Positions 23,926 through 35,986 of a stretch of DNA of 64,000 nt are shown here, in pieces. Source of the DNA: Cyanophora paradoxa CCMP329. Taxonomy: Eukaryota > Plantae > Glaucophyta. Each line of letters starts with the position of its first letter. Position 1 is the stretch's first letter. The notes under the pieces are model-generated. The model had not been told where the DNA came from and made no database searches. It worked only from the letters and a program-made list of their open reading frames with translations. The stretch spans positions 49,444 to 113,443 of the forward strand of contig QPMI01000247.1 of assembly GCA_004431415.1 (NCBI GenBank), written 5' to 3'. The position numbers and the translations under genes are program-made.

Positions 23926-25379
23926 TTCACAGAACGGCTGGGCGAGGGACGGCAGAGGCTGCCAGTTTGAGGGACGGCAGAAGCCGCCTTGCGCTGAGAT
24001 GAGCAGCAAACCTGTCTCCGCCCTGCGTGCAGGAACAAAACCATGATAAGCTCTGAGCGGATCCTTGAACTCGGAGCAGACGGCACCGGAACTGCGGGTC
24101 CTCCTCCCCCGGCCCGACGACGATGTTGGGAGCCAGCCCGACGTCGATAGCAGATCGTGAGAGCGGCTTCTGTAGACTCTGAGAGTTCCGAAGTTCGATC
24201 ACTCGGCGGTCGTCGCTGGATTGACCAACTAGCCGATGCGCGCACCAAAATCTCGCTGGTTACGACATGATGAGAGCACGACGGCACGCTCGGAGCTCAA
24301 GCGAGGTGACCGAGATATACGCAATCTTCTTAGCGCCTGCTTGCCCAAAGATCCCGGACCGGCGGACAGCAGTGCGCCTGTCCAGCACCGTGGGCCGTGG
24401 CACCTGCTAACAAGCGCACTGTTCGACCCTCCTTCTCGGGGTGGGGTACGCGTAAAAATTCAGCCCAGAATCAAAAGGCAGTCAGTTCGGAACCCCATGC
24501 AAAAGCAGACTGCAGCGTGGCGTTTTGAGCAAGCAAGCGACGCGCGTCGCGACTCGCGATCGATATCGCGACGCCTACGTGCGCATGCTCAGTGTGAGCT
24601 CGAGACTGTGCACGTGTGCCACACTGCCAGCTGCAGTGTGATTACTACTGATTAGGGACAGTGATCATGATCATGAGTACGTATACGTACTGCATAGCAG
24701 TGCATACGCGCGCGTGCCGCACAATCGGCGCACATGGTACTACGGTACATGCCACATGCGCGCATGCTTATGCAAGTTAACGTTAACGTTGGGACTCAGG
24801 GACTCTAAATTAATAAACTAGTTCCGAAGTTCCGAAGTTCAACGATTGCCAAGTTGGGACGTCGACTCTCATTTGTACATGTAGGGCTCTTGATCATGAG
24901 CCATGCATATGGCTGGGAGTCGTGCTGACTCATGGATGAATTAAAGCTGACCATCATGGCATGGGCCACCAGGGCCAGGGCCCAGGGGCCTAGGCCGGGC
25001 CCCGGGTGGTCCCGGGGTGGACCCTGGGAGGGGAGGCTGGGACGTCGACTCCAGCCTGGGACCGTCGGGGGCTCGGAGGCTGAGTCGGAGCTCGGATCCG
25101 CCGCGGTGCACGTGCACGTGCGCGCTTCGGATATCGATTCGATCCGATGATCGATATCGATTCCCGAGCTCGCGATCGAGCTCGAGAGTCAGCAACCCTG
25201 GAGCTCAGGGCCTCGCGGGGCTCTCTCACATCATCACGCATGCGCGGTGACACGCGTACGTGTGTACTACGGTACGCGTAGCGGCAGTTGAAATTAAACA
25301 GACCGTCGGAGAACGCCCGAACAAAGCGGTCGCGGAGCTCGGGCGCCCATCGCGTTTGGATCCTGTGACTGATTCTTGT

Positions 25380-28300
25380 CTAGCGGCGCCGGCCGCGGAC
25401 GGGGGCGGCGGGCGGGGTCGGGGCGGCCGCGGGGGCCGCGCTGCCCGCGCTGTGCATGGCGCAGGGGGCCTGCCGGAGGAGCACGCGTGCGTGAGTCGGG
25501 GAGGGGGAAGGAATGCGAGGGGGGTACGTGCCTGCGGCTTCACCAGGTAGTTGTCGTAGAGAGAGAGGGCGCAGCAGAGGACGACGATTCCGAGCACCAG
25601 CACCGTCGCCCACCTTTTTTTTTGGGGGGGGGGTGAATTGGGGCCTCGGGGGGGGGGGGGGGGGGGAGGGAAGAGGGGGTCGGACGGCTGCGCACTCGAC
25701 CGTCTTCCAGAGGAGCCAGCGCCAGGAGCCGGGGGGACGGGGGCGTCCGGGGGGCTCCCGCCCGGGGTACAGCCGGCGGCCTCCAGGACACGCTCCTGGG
25801 CGCTGGGAGAGCAGGTCTCGGCCTCGCGCTCGCCCGCCGGCCCGCGCCCCTCCGCGCCGCCCTCGCCGCGCGCCCGCGCCGCCTCGGCCTCGGCGCGCGC
25901 CGCGGCGGCGGCGGCGGCGGCGGCGGCCTGGCACTGGCGGAGGCGGCGCTCGGCGTCGCCCTTGCGGCGGCGCGCGTCGGCGAGCTCCGCCTCCGCGATC
26001 TCGAGCGCCGCCTTCCGCTCCTCGCTCTGCTTCCGGTGCTTCTCCGCCCGCTCCTCCGCGCGCGCCTGCCCGCCCTCCGCCGCCGCCAGGCCCCGCCGCA
26101 GCGCCGCCAGCTCCGAGTGCGCCGGCACGCCCCTCCCGCGCCCGCGGCGCCTGCGCCGCCCCTGCCCCTCCCCCCCGCCCTTGGAGGAGTCGCCGTCGCC
26201 GCCCTTGCCGTCCCGCGCCTCCCGCGCGGCCGGCGCTGACGTGCCGCCGCCGTACGAGCCGGCCCGCGGGCCGGCCGCCGCCGCCGCCGCCGCCGGGCGG
26301 CGCAGGGCCCGCTCGAGAGGGTGAGGCCGAGCAGGGGCACGCGCAGGGGCCCGCCGGGACGCCGAGGAGCGGCGCGAGGCGGGCCAGGGCCCACGCCGTG
26401 AAGAGCGCGAAGAGCAGGGCCGCCGCCGCCCCGGCCGCCGCCCCCGCCCAGCATCCCCCCGCGCCCTCGCCCTTGCGCTTGCCCCGCCCCGCCGCCGTCT
26501 GCAGGCTGCGCGGGGACGCCGTCGGCGTCGGCGCGGGGCGGAGCGGGGCGCGGGCGAGGCCTCTGGCAGAGACGGGCGCGCACTCCTTCTGGAGCTGGGC
26601 GATGGTCTTCTCGTGCTGGAGGAGCGTCGCGCGCAGGCTGTCGGCCTGCTTGCCGCGCTGCGCGAGCTCGTCCTTCGCCTTGCGGGCCGCCTCCTTGGCC
26701 GCCGCCTCGCGCTCGCGGCACTTGGCGGCGCCGGCCTCCAGCTCCGCCTCCTTCCGCACCGCCGCGATCAGGCGCGCCTCGGCGTCCGAGAGCGCGTGCT
26801 CCTGCGCCCCGCGTCAGGTTCGAGCTCGGATTCGATCGGGTCGAATGCTCGGCTCGCCTTCTCGTAGAGCTCCTTCTGGAGGCTGGCCACGGCGCGCCTG
26901 CGCTCCGCCAGCTCCTTCTCCAGCGCCGCCTCCCGCTCGCTCCGCGCCTCCTTCGCTTGCGCGGCGGCGGCGGCGGCGGCGGTCCCGGCGGCTGCGGCCT
27001 TGGGCGGGGCGGCGGCGGCCGGCAGCGGCGCCGGCGAGGCCGCGGGGATGAGGAGGGCGACGACTTCGAGGCCGGGGCGGCGCCCGGCGGCTGCTGCGCG
27101 GTCCCTGGCGCCGCCGGCGGCGCCCCGCGGCCCATCGGGGGCACGCCGCGGCCGGCGGGGCCGGCGGGCGGGCGGCCGGGGGCGGGCGGCGAGGGGCGGC
27201 GGCGTGGCCACCCCGTTCGCCACCGGGCCCCGCACGGCCGGCGCGGCCGGCGCCGGAGAGGGCGCGGCGGAGCGCGGGGTCGGGGCGGGGCTCGGCCGCG
27301 GGGAGTCCTGCGCCGCCGCGCCGCCGCCGGCCGCCCGGCGCGCGCCCGGAGCCGCCGCACCCGCCGCCGCCGGCTGGCCCGGGGCGGGGGAGCCGGCGCG
27401 GAGCCTCCTCAGCTCCTCCTCGGCCGCCCGCAGCTGCCCGCCCTTGATCGCGAGCTCGCGCTGCAGCGCGTCCACTCTGCCGCCCGTAAGCAGAGGGAGC
27501 GGGGGAGGGCAGGCGGAAGAAGCGGGGGGTACCGGGCCTTCTCCTGCTCGACGAAGAAGGCGAGGAGCTTGGCGTGCTCCTTGGCGCCGGCGTGGGAGGG
27601 CACGGAGAGCCGCGGCAGCTGCGGGGCGGTCGGGCGCCGGCGTGGCGGGGCGGGGCGGAGGCCGGGGTGCGGGGAGGGGCACCTGGACTTGGCAGCCGAT
27701 GGGCTTGAAGGGGCACTCGCACGGGACGAAGTCGCAGACCTCGGTGTGCGCGGCCAGCGCCGCCTTCCCGAACGTGCCGCAGAGCTTCCCGCCGAAGGGG
27801 CAGTCCACCGTGCACGCCGAGCGACGGTGCGCCTGCGCGGCGCGCTCGCTCGCTCGGCGCGCGCGCGGCGGCCCCGCGCGCGCGCGAAGAGAAGCGGGCC
27901 GCGGACCTCTATCTCGCTTGCCGGCACCGCGTCCCCGCAGAGCGGGCAGGATATGCGACGGTTCGGGCACTGCGGCGGCGAGCGTCAGCGGGCACACGGC
28001 CAAGGCGGGGACGGGGGCGGGGGCGGTTGCGGGCGGCCTGCCTCGATGCGCTGGTGCGCGTCGAGGACGCGCCGCTGCATGGCGCGCTGGCAGCCGTCGC
28101 AGCGGACGGCGGCGAAGCCGCACTGCGCGAGGTGCGCGTCCGCCTCCGCGGGGCTCCCCCGCCACGCGCACGACGAGTCAGCGCCGCCGGTCGAAAGGAC
28201 GGTCGTCTCGCATCGCATCTGCATGTTGTTGTAGAGCTGAGAGAGGATGGAGACAGCCTGCGCGGCGCGCGCGCGGCGGAGTCGGCGGGCGGGCACTCCG

Positions 28301-28823
28301 CAACGCTCGCGCGGCACGGCGAACCGCAATGGGCACGACGCGGTCCACCGCGCCGCGGCAGATGGGGCAGCTGGTGAGAGATCCCTTCGATCCAGCAGCC
28401 GCTCCCCAGCAGCCTGAGCAGAACCTGCGGAGGCGCGGCGTGATTCCGGAGTTGGCAACCGCGGAGCGCCTCCAAATCTCACATGTGGCAAAGAGAGAGG
28501 GGAGCGCTCTCGTCTGACACATCCCGCGACGAAAGCAGCACTGGGTCACGGCAGACCTGCGGCGAGCGCCAGGTTCAGCGGCCGCCGCCGTGCGCGTCGG
28601 CTAATGACTTGGCGCCGTCGCTAGCGGCGCCGCGCCAGTCGCACCTGAAGGCATAGCGCGCAGATGGTCTGCGATGGCGGGCTATGAACGAAGAGGCTCT
28701 CTGCGAGTGTGGATGGTCGCACATTCAAACACTGAGCGCCGCCGAGCGCCAAGCGGCCGGTGCAGATAGCTCACCTTGGAATCCGCTATGGCCTGGCGCG
28801 CTCGGCGCGCCCGGCGGCGACAT
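25380..28823 (-). CDS. RING + TRAF-type zinc finger protein with coiled coils and two hydrophobic segments (putative membrane E3 ligase)
   Basis: Spliced: ICALCLQ|VCRDPVLL...CHM|FCSGC...CPICR (RING); CAWRG...HLAQCGFAAVRCDGC, CPNRRISCPLC, H..VCDFVPCECPFKPIGC (TRAF zinc fingers); TM-like AAAALLFALFTAWALARL and WATVLVLGIVVLCCALSLY. Confidence 0.85.
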
Positions 28824-28892
28824 CCGTGGCGCCCGGACGTCCTCGCCCCGATACCCCTTCTACGGCAGTTCCCCCCTTTGTCGACGTCAACG

Positions 28893-29883
28893 ATGAGCGC
28901 GGGCCTTTTAGACCTCCCTACTGAGCTCCTCGTGCAGGTACGATGCTGCACCGGGCGCGCGGGGTCTAACTGCCGGCGCTCGTCTAACTGCGGGCGGCGG
29001 AGGCAGATTCTGGCTGAGCTGCGCGACCTGCGCGACATCAATGCCGCGTGCGAGGTGCTGTTCGTTTCGCACGCTCTCTACGCGCGGCTGCGCGTCGCTC
29101 TCGTCGAGGGCTCCGCGCTGCTCTCCTGGCGCGCAGACGTGCCGGGCGCTGTACGACGCGGGGAGCAGTAATGCGCTGTGGCGTGGCATGGTGGAGGCCT
29201 TCATGAGCGAGCAGCGGAGCTCCAGCGACATGCGGCGTGACCTGCCGGCTCTCTTTCATGCTTCGCTCAAGCTGCCCTCCTTCTGGCGCTCGCTCGTGAA
29301 CCTCTGCGCGAACGCCACCGTCGACCAGGCGAGGAACAATGCGCTCCTCCTCTTCTTCACGGGTGCGGGCAAGCCCCTGCAGCTGGCACCGGCCTCGGCG
29401 ACTCTGCCGATGCTGAATTTGATCCCGTGCGGCAGACCCGAGCGACTCGGTGGCGGGCGTGCTGCTGAGCGAGGCGCGGCTGCAGTGGTGCCGGGAGCGG
29501 GCGCTGGCGGCGCCGGACCCGCGCCCCGGGCACCGGGCCGTCGCGGCCATCGCCGGCGAGCTTGCGGGCCGCGTCCAGTCCGAGGCGCGCGGCCCGGCAC
29601 CGGCCCAAGCCTGGCAGCCCGGCCCGCCAGCCGCAGCCCCCTTTCTGACGGCGGCCTTGGCGTACGCACGCAGATCCTCGTGCGGCGCGGGGCGGCCCCG
29701 CGGGCCGACTTCGTCGAGGTCGTCCTGTGCGCACGCGCCGCGCCGCTCGTCGGCTCGCATCGAGCTCCGGCTGAGCCGGCGCCGCGCAGGTGCGGGGCGG
29801 TGTCGACCGTCCTCGAGCGGGAGCTGCAGCGGCTGGCGGATGAGGAGGAGGAGGGCGCAGTCGCGAGCGCGCCTCTCAGCTAG
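28893..29883 (+). CDS. F-box protein
   Basis: MSAGLLDLPTELLVQ|ILAELRDLRDINAACE|TCRALYDAGSSNALWR. Confidence 0.82.
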
Positions 29884-30021
29884 CGCTCGGCTGTAGCTGG
29901 CGGGCGGCGTCCGAGCCAAATCGAAATGCACATACTGCGAATCACAGTAGAAACAACATGCGGATAGGCTAAGATGGATAATACCTGAAAAAGGGCCGGG
30001 ATAGGAACCCCGGCCCGGGGC

Positions 30022-33000
30022 TCACGAGTGGCGGCGGGCGAGGGCCAGCGCCAGGGCGGCCGTCACGAGCGCCACCAGCCCCGTGCCGAGCGCGCCCAGC
30101 GGCCGCGCGGCGGCACCGCCGGGCGCCCCCGACGTCTTCGACGAGGAGGAGGAGCCGGTGGTGCCGGAGGAGGGGAGGGTCGTCGGGGGGGTAGACACCG
30201 CCGAGATCGACGTCGAGAAGGAGACGGCGCTCGAGAACGAGGCGGGGCCGGCGACGGCGTACCCCTTGCCGAGGGTGTACCCCGCCACGACGAGCTTGTT
30301 GAGGGCCTCGTCGAGGGCCTGCTCGGTCGTCTGCACGGGGAGCGACGCGTCGGAGCGGGTGGCAGTCGCGGCGCCCGCCTTGGGGAAGTAGGCCGTCATC
30401 ATCGAAGGCCGCAGGTCGAAGACCACCTGATAAGAGAATGTAAGTCGGATTCTCATTACGCTCTATAGAAGAATAAGAATTCGAAGACCTTAGTAGAGCC
30501 CCTGGTCATCTCGATGACGTTGACGGGGGAGGGCATGGAGGCGGCGACGTCGGCGGGGATGCCGAGGTCGGCGGCGAGCTTCCCCGCCCACGCCTCGTAC
30601 GTCGCCGCCGTCCAGTCCGCCTCCGCCAGCGGCTTCGCGAGCGTCACCGTCACCGTCTTCGACGAGCCGGCGAAGGTGTTCGTCGCCGGGTCTGACGGGG
30701 GGAGGGGCGTGAGGAGTGGGGGGGGGAGGGGGCGCGGGGGGCGCACAGGGCGGGAAGGCGTCGCCGTTGACGATGCCGTTGACGCAGGTCGGGCGGGAGG
30801 GCTTGAAGCCCTGCGCCAGGGGCACCTCCACCAGGCTATCCCCCGTCTGAAGGGGGGGGGGGGGGGGGGGGAAGCCTCAGGGTAAGAGAGAGGGGGGGAG
30901 AGAAAGCTTGGCGTGTTGGGGCACGGACCACGACGAGGGCGAAGGCCTGCTGCGTGATCCCGTTCTGGTCCTGCACCGCCACGCCCGTCCCCCGCACCAC
31001 CACCGCGTACCGCCTGCGTGTGGGGGGCGCCTCTTAGGGACGCGAAGTGGGAGGTGGGATGGGGCGCGGGTCGGCGGGCCCGTAGGTGGTGCCGTCGGCG
31101 CGGGTGAAGGTCGCGCGGGGCGTCAGCACGATCTTCTCCACGTTGTTCGTGCGGTCCGCCGACTGCGGGGCGAGAGGGGAGCAGAGTCAGCGCGGGGCGC
31201 ACGCGGGGGGAGGCGGGTGGAGGGGGGCGTCGAGTCGCACCGTGCGGCGGTTGGGGTAGAACTGCGGAGCGGGGCGGGGCGGGGCGGGGCGGGGCGGGGC
31301 GGGGCACGCGGCGTCAGCGGCAGGGCGCCCACGGGCGCGGCGCGAGCGTCGGGAGGGGGCGCGGCCGACCATAGGGACGAAGCCCTGCGAGGCGGGGCGG
31401 CGCAGGTGAGCAGCCGGAGCCCGGAGGGGGATGGGGGGGCGGGGGGGGGCGGGGGGTACCGGGTTCGCCTCCTTGACCTCAAGGTCGAGATCCTGCGGGG
31501 ACGAGCGGCGTCGGTCGGCTACGGGGGCGGCGCGGGGGGTACGGGCAGACGTTGACGAGGGTGTTGGCAGCGCTGGCGGTGCCGGGAGGGTCCGTCCAGA
31601 CGAGGGTCACGCTGAAGGGGGGTACCGCGTCACTCGGGCGGTAGCGGGAAGGAGCGCGGGATCGGGGGGCGTACACGAAGTCGCGCTTGCCGCCGACCTC
31701 GAAGAAGTATTGCTGCGGGGTACCGCGATCAGAAGAAAGGGAGGGAGGGGTACGGGGAGGGGCGGGAGGTGGCGGCGCCTTCTCGCCGCAGCGGGGGACG
31801 TTGTCGTGGTACAGCTTCAGCTTGAAGGCGCTCTCGGGGCTACAGGGGCGTGAGGCGAGCGGTCGCCCGGGGAAGCGGGGGGTACGGCCTCACAAGTAGA
31901 GGACGTTCGAGAGGCGCGGGGCGCCGAAGCCCTGCTTGAAGTCGGGGGGCGAGTCCAGCGCTGCCCCGCCGTCAGAATGAAAGGAAAGGAAAGGAAAGGA
32001 AAGGAAAGGAAAGGAAAAGGGCGGCGCGCGCGCACTCTCGCCCTTGGGGCCCTTGGTGACGGGTACGGTGCTGTGGATCATCATCGCCTTGATGAGCGCC
32101 GCGGGCGGGGCGGCCATCGCGTTCGCCGCGGTCTTGATTCCGGAGGGGTACCAGCCCTCGACGAGGTACTGGCGGACGAGCGCCGCTGTGCCGGCGGCGA
32201 TCGGCGTCGCCATCGACGTCCCGTACATGCCCTTCACTGCGCCGATCGGAGTCGGTCAGTTCGGATCAGATCAGATCGCTCAGATCAGATCCGAGCGCAC
32301 GGCCGCAGTTCATGGAGGTGACGTCGCCGTCCGAGGCGGCGGACTGGATGTTCGAGCCGGGGGAGGCGATGTCCGGCTTGTACCGCATGTCCCCCGTCGG
32401 GCCCTGCAGGAGGGAGCCCGCCCTCAGCGAGGTGGCATTTTAGATGAGAAGAGAAGAGAGGGGCGGGCCTGGGAGGAGAAGGAGGCCATCTTGATCGCGC
32501 CGGTGGACGAGAGCACGTCCAGCGCCCCCACCTGCCGGGCCCCGCGGCGGGCCCGCCTCAGCGCCCCGCTCCTGTCCTGTTCTTCCCCTCTTCCATTTGT
32601 TCCGCACCGAGAGGCAGTTCTTGCATGTCGCGGGGCTTCCGACCGTCCTCGCCCCGTACGAGCCGTCGTTGCCGGCGGCGAAGAGCACGAGGAAGTCGGG
32701 TTTCTGGCCCCCGCCCGCCGTCAGAGCCGGGGCGGGGCTCTCCAGAGGGGGCCGGGGGCCGGGGCGCGGGGCGCACGAGCCACATGAAGCGGTCGACGAA
32801 GAGGGGCTGCGAGTCGTACTTGTTGCAGTAGGTCATGTCGGCGCCGGGGGGCGCGCAGCCCCAGGAGTTGGTGTGGATGCGCGCCCCCAGGTCGTACGCG
32901 GCCTGCAAGTCCATCGAGGCGGGGATCGCCAGCCCCTGCGCGCGCCCCGCGCGCCGTGCGTCGAGAACAGACTTCGAGGGGCGGGCAGGGGTACGCGCGC

Positions 33001-35702
33001 CGCACCAGGTTGGGGTCGTCGGCGCCGTAGTCGGAGAAGACCATGCGGGCCTCGTACGCCATGCCCTTGTTCATCAGCGTCGCCGAGTACCCCAGCACGG
33101 AGCCCGCCTGGGGGTACACGAGGTTGGGAGGGGGGGAGAAGAGGGGGAGGGGGAGGCGGCGAACAACGTGGGAGCCGTGGCCGTCCGTGTCGTCGCTGCG
33201 GTAGCCCTGGAGGAGGGGTGCGGGTACGCCGTCTGAGCGAGAAGAGACGCTCGCGGGGGCGGCGGCGCGGGCGGACCTTTGCGATGCCGGCGGAGGAGGT
33301 GTCGAAGGGCCTGTACCCCACGAACTTGCGGTGGGCGGAGGCCGGGTTCCTCGGGAGACCGTTCGCCCCCGTCGGCGAGAAGAACTGGCGAACAGAGAGG
33401 GGGGGGGGGGGGGGGGGTGGGGGGGCTGGAGAGGATACGGGGAGCCCGTTTGGGGCGCACGGGCATAGTGTTATCCTTGTCGTAGAAGAGGCCTGTGAGG
33501 GGAGCGGGGGTGAGAGGGTTACGAGAGAGAAAATGGGGGTTACGGGGGAGGGGCGCACAGTTGTCCCAGTCGACGCCCGAGTCGCCGATGCCGACGATCT
33601 GCGGGAGCGCACGGGCGGGGCGGTGGGCGCGGGCTCCTCGTGGCCGCCTCCACCGCCACCGCCCTCCCCCTCGCACCTGGCCCTTGCCGGTGATGCCCTT
33701 GTTCCAGACGACCTCGTTGAAGAGGGAGCCCGACTGCAGGAAGCCGGCCGCCCTGCCGGGGGCCGGCCGTGAGGCGGCGTGGCCGAGCGAGCGAGCCGGC
33801 CCGTCCCCCGCCCCATTGCACGCACTTGCTGTTGAGGAGGGCGCGGCCCGTGCCAGGGGCCCCCTCCTCCTCCTCCCTCGCCCCCGCGGCGGCGGCCTCG
33901 GAGCGCAGCTCGAGCCGCGCCGTCTTCAGCCGCATCACCTTCTTGGCCTGCCGGGCGGGGGGCGGGGGCGGAGGGCGTGAGCCCCTGGATGGCGGGCCGG
34001 GAGGCAGAGGCAGAGGCAGAGGCAGAGGCTGGGGCGGGGGCGCGCCTGGACCCACTGGACCTCGGGCTCCGAGCACATCGGCACCGCCACCAGGTCCACC
34101 AGCTGCCCTCCGAGTCGGGCCGGCGGCAGAGGGGGCAGAGGGGGCGGGGCGGGGGCGCACGCGGGTGGGGACGGTGACGGTGAGGGAGGGCACGCCCTCG
34201 TCCAGGAGCTCCAGCGGCTGCCGGAGGGGGGGGAGGGGAGGGGGGCGGGGGTACGGGCGTCGGGATCGCGGGCGGGGGGCCGGGGCGGGGCCGGGGCTGG
34301 GGGACCTGGGCGATGCCGCGCTTGGCGAGGGCGGCGGCGAGGCGGTCGCGGATGGCGGCGAGCTCGCCCGCCGTCTTCGGGCGCGGCGAGAGCAGGCCCA
34401 CCACCGTCGTGTTCCGGTACCTGGCGAGGGTGGGGGGTGCGGGATCACTTCGGCGGAGGGGGGCGGAGGACGGGAGGGGTACGGGGGCGCACGCGGCCTC
34501 GAGCTCGTCCTTGATGTCGGTGGTCGCGACGAGCTCGTCGAGGTTCTTCAGCTGGTCCGACAGCTTCATCTGCGGCAGCTGCGCGGGGGAGGGGTACGTC
34601 ACCCTCGGTGCGGGGAGGGGGGGGGTAGAGGGGCCGGACCATGCGGCCGACGTATTTGCTGCGGCGGCGGGGGGGCGGAACGAGTCAGGGGGGGGCATCC
34701 AGGGGGGACGCAAGGCAGTGGACGGGGCCTCACATGAACCTGCGTGGCGGGGGCGCGTGAGCGAGGGCGAGGGGCTGCGAGGGACCGGGCGGGGAGCGCA
34801 CGGCAGGACCCGGACTTGCTTCGCCTGCGGGCCGGTAGCGCCGAACACGTACCCGTCGTGCGGCACGTACCTGGTCGGGCGGGGCGGCGCGTTGGGCGGG
34901 TACGCCGAAGCCGACGGCGGGGGGCGGTGCGGACTCGGTGAGGTCGTGGCCGACGATCTTTTGAACGGCCTCGATGTTGGCGTGGGTGATCACCTGCGGG
35001 TGCCGCGTGAGCCGTGCCGCGACGCGAGGCGCTGCGGGGAGGGGCGAGCGAGGAGCCCGAGCGCCAGCCAGCGCGCCTCAGGCCCGGCGAACTGGAGCAC
35101 GAAGGTGCCCGGCGTGAGGAGCGCGTCGGGCGTCGTCCCGATGTCAGCGAGGCGCGCCGCTGAACTCCGAGACGTCGAGTTGACTGCCGAGGGCCGCGGT
35201 CAGCCGTGAGCACGGAGGGCTGGCCGGAGGACGTGCTATCGAGCGATGGGCGTACCATCGATAGCAAAGTTCAAGAAGTCTAGTACGCTGCGTTCGTGCT
35301 GGTCAGCGCCCGGGACAGAACCCTCGGACGCCTAACAGACGACGCCGGTCCGGGCTAGCCGAGGGAGCTGCGGGCTCCGACCGCCAAGATCTAATTATGC
35401 CATCGCATGCTAGCATTGTCGGCCGGCGCGTCTCGCTGACACGTACCGCTGGACGGGCACGTTCGCCGCCTGGGGTCAAGGGGATCAACTTCCCGTCACC
35501 AGAATCGAACACAACACAAACGTACGGAAGTAGCAAGGGCCTCCGCATCGCCCACAACCGAACGGCTTTTGTAGATCGTCAAAGGCTCCTGTTCCCTCGA
35601 AATCTTCTCGACCTCCTCGTCGGTCTTGACCCAATCATCCTGTGCGATCGCCTGCACCAGCAGCGCCGCCAGGAAGACGAGGGCGGCCGCGCGTCGCCGC
35701 AT
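30022..35702 (-). CDS. Secreted subtilisin-like (S8, KP-43/TagC-type) serine protease, probable GPI anchor
   Basis: Signal peptide MRRRAAALVFLAALLVQAIAQ; catalytic motifs IVGIGDSGVD, DGHGSHV, FAAGNDG, GTSMATP; RIHTNSWG, IKPDIASPG, QGFG, VTLVWTDPPG, NNVEKI; Ser/Thr-rich linker and hydrophobic C-terminus. Confidence 0.93.
31980..32020. repeat. Intronic (AAAGG)n microsatellite
   Basis: About eight tandem aaagg units. Confidence 0.9.
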
Positions 35703-35986
35703 CGCCCTTTTCGAGTGCTGTACCCCGGAGGCACTACCCACAATCACCCGCACCGCGCATCGGCGGCGTGTATCTCTGCGCGCGGGACAGGCGCCCTGGA
35801 TTCTTGCAACAAGTCGTGGCCGCGGGCGCAGCTAGTCGTGGTCGGGGTCGTACGCATCGTGCCGGCGCATTGTGGCAGCTCTGAGCTTTCGTTCTCTTAA
35901 GGAGCGTAAGCTCTTAGTCAGTCCGCTCAAAAACGTAAAGCCCCCGCGGATCCACACGCCGCGGCGCACGCCGCGGCCACACAATC

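Noticed and set aside
29993-30017. GC hairpin (gggccggg...cccggccc) between convergent genes as a terminator
   Set aside because: Intrinsic terminators do not apply to Pol II genes, and 8-bp GC stems are common at this composition.
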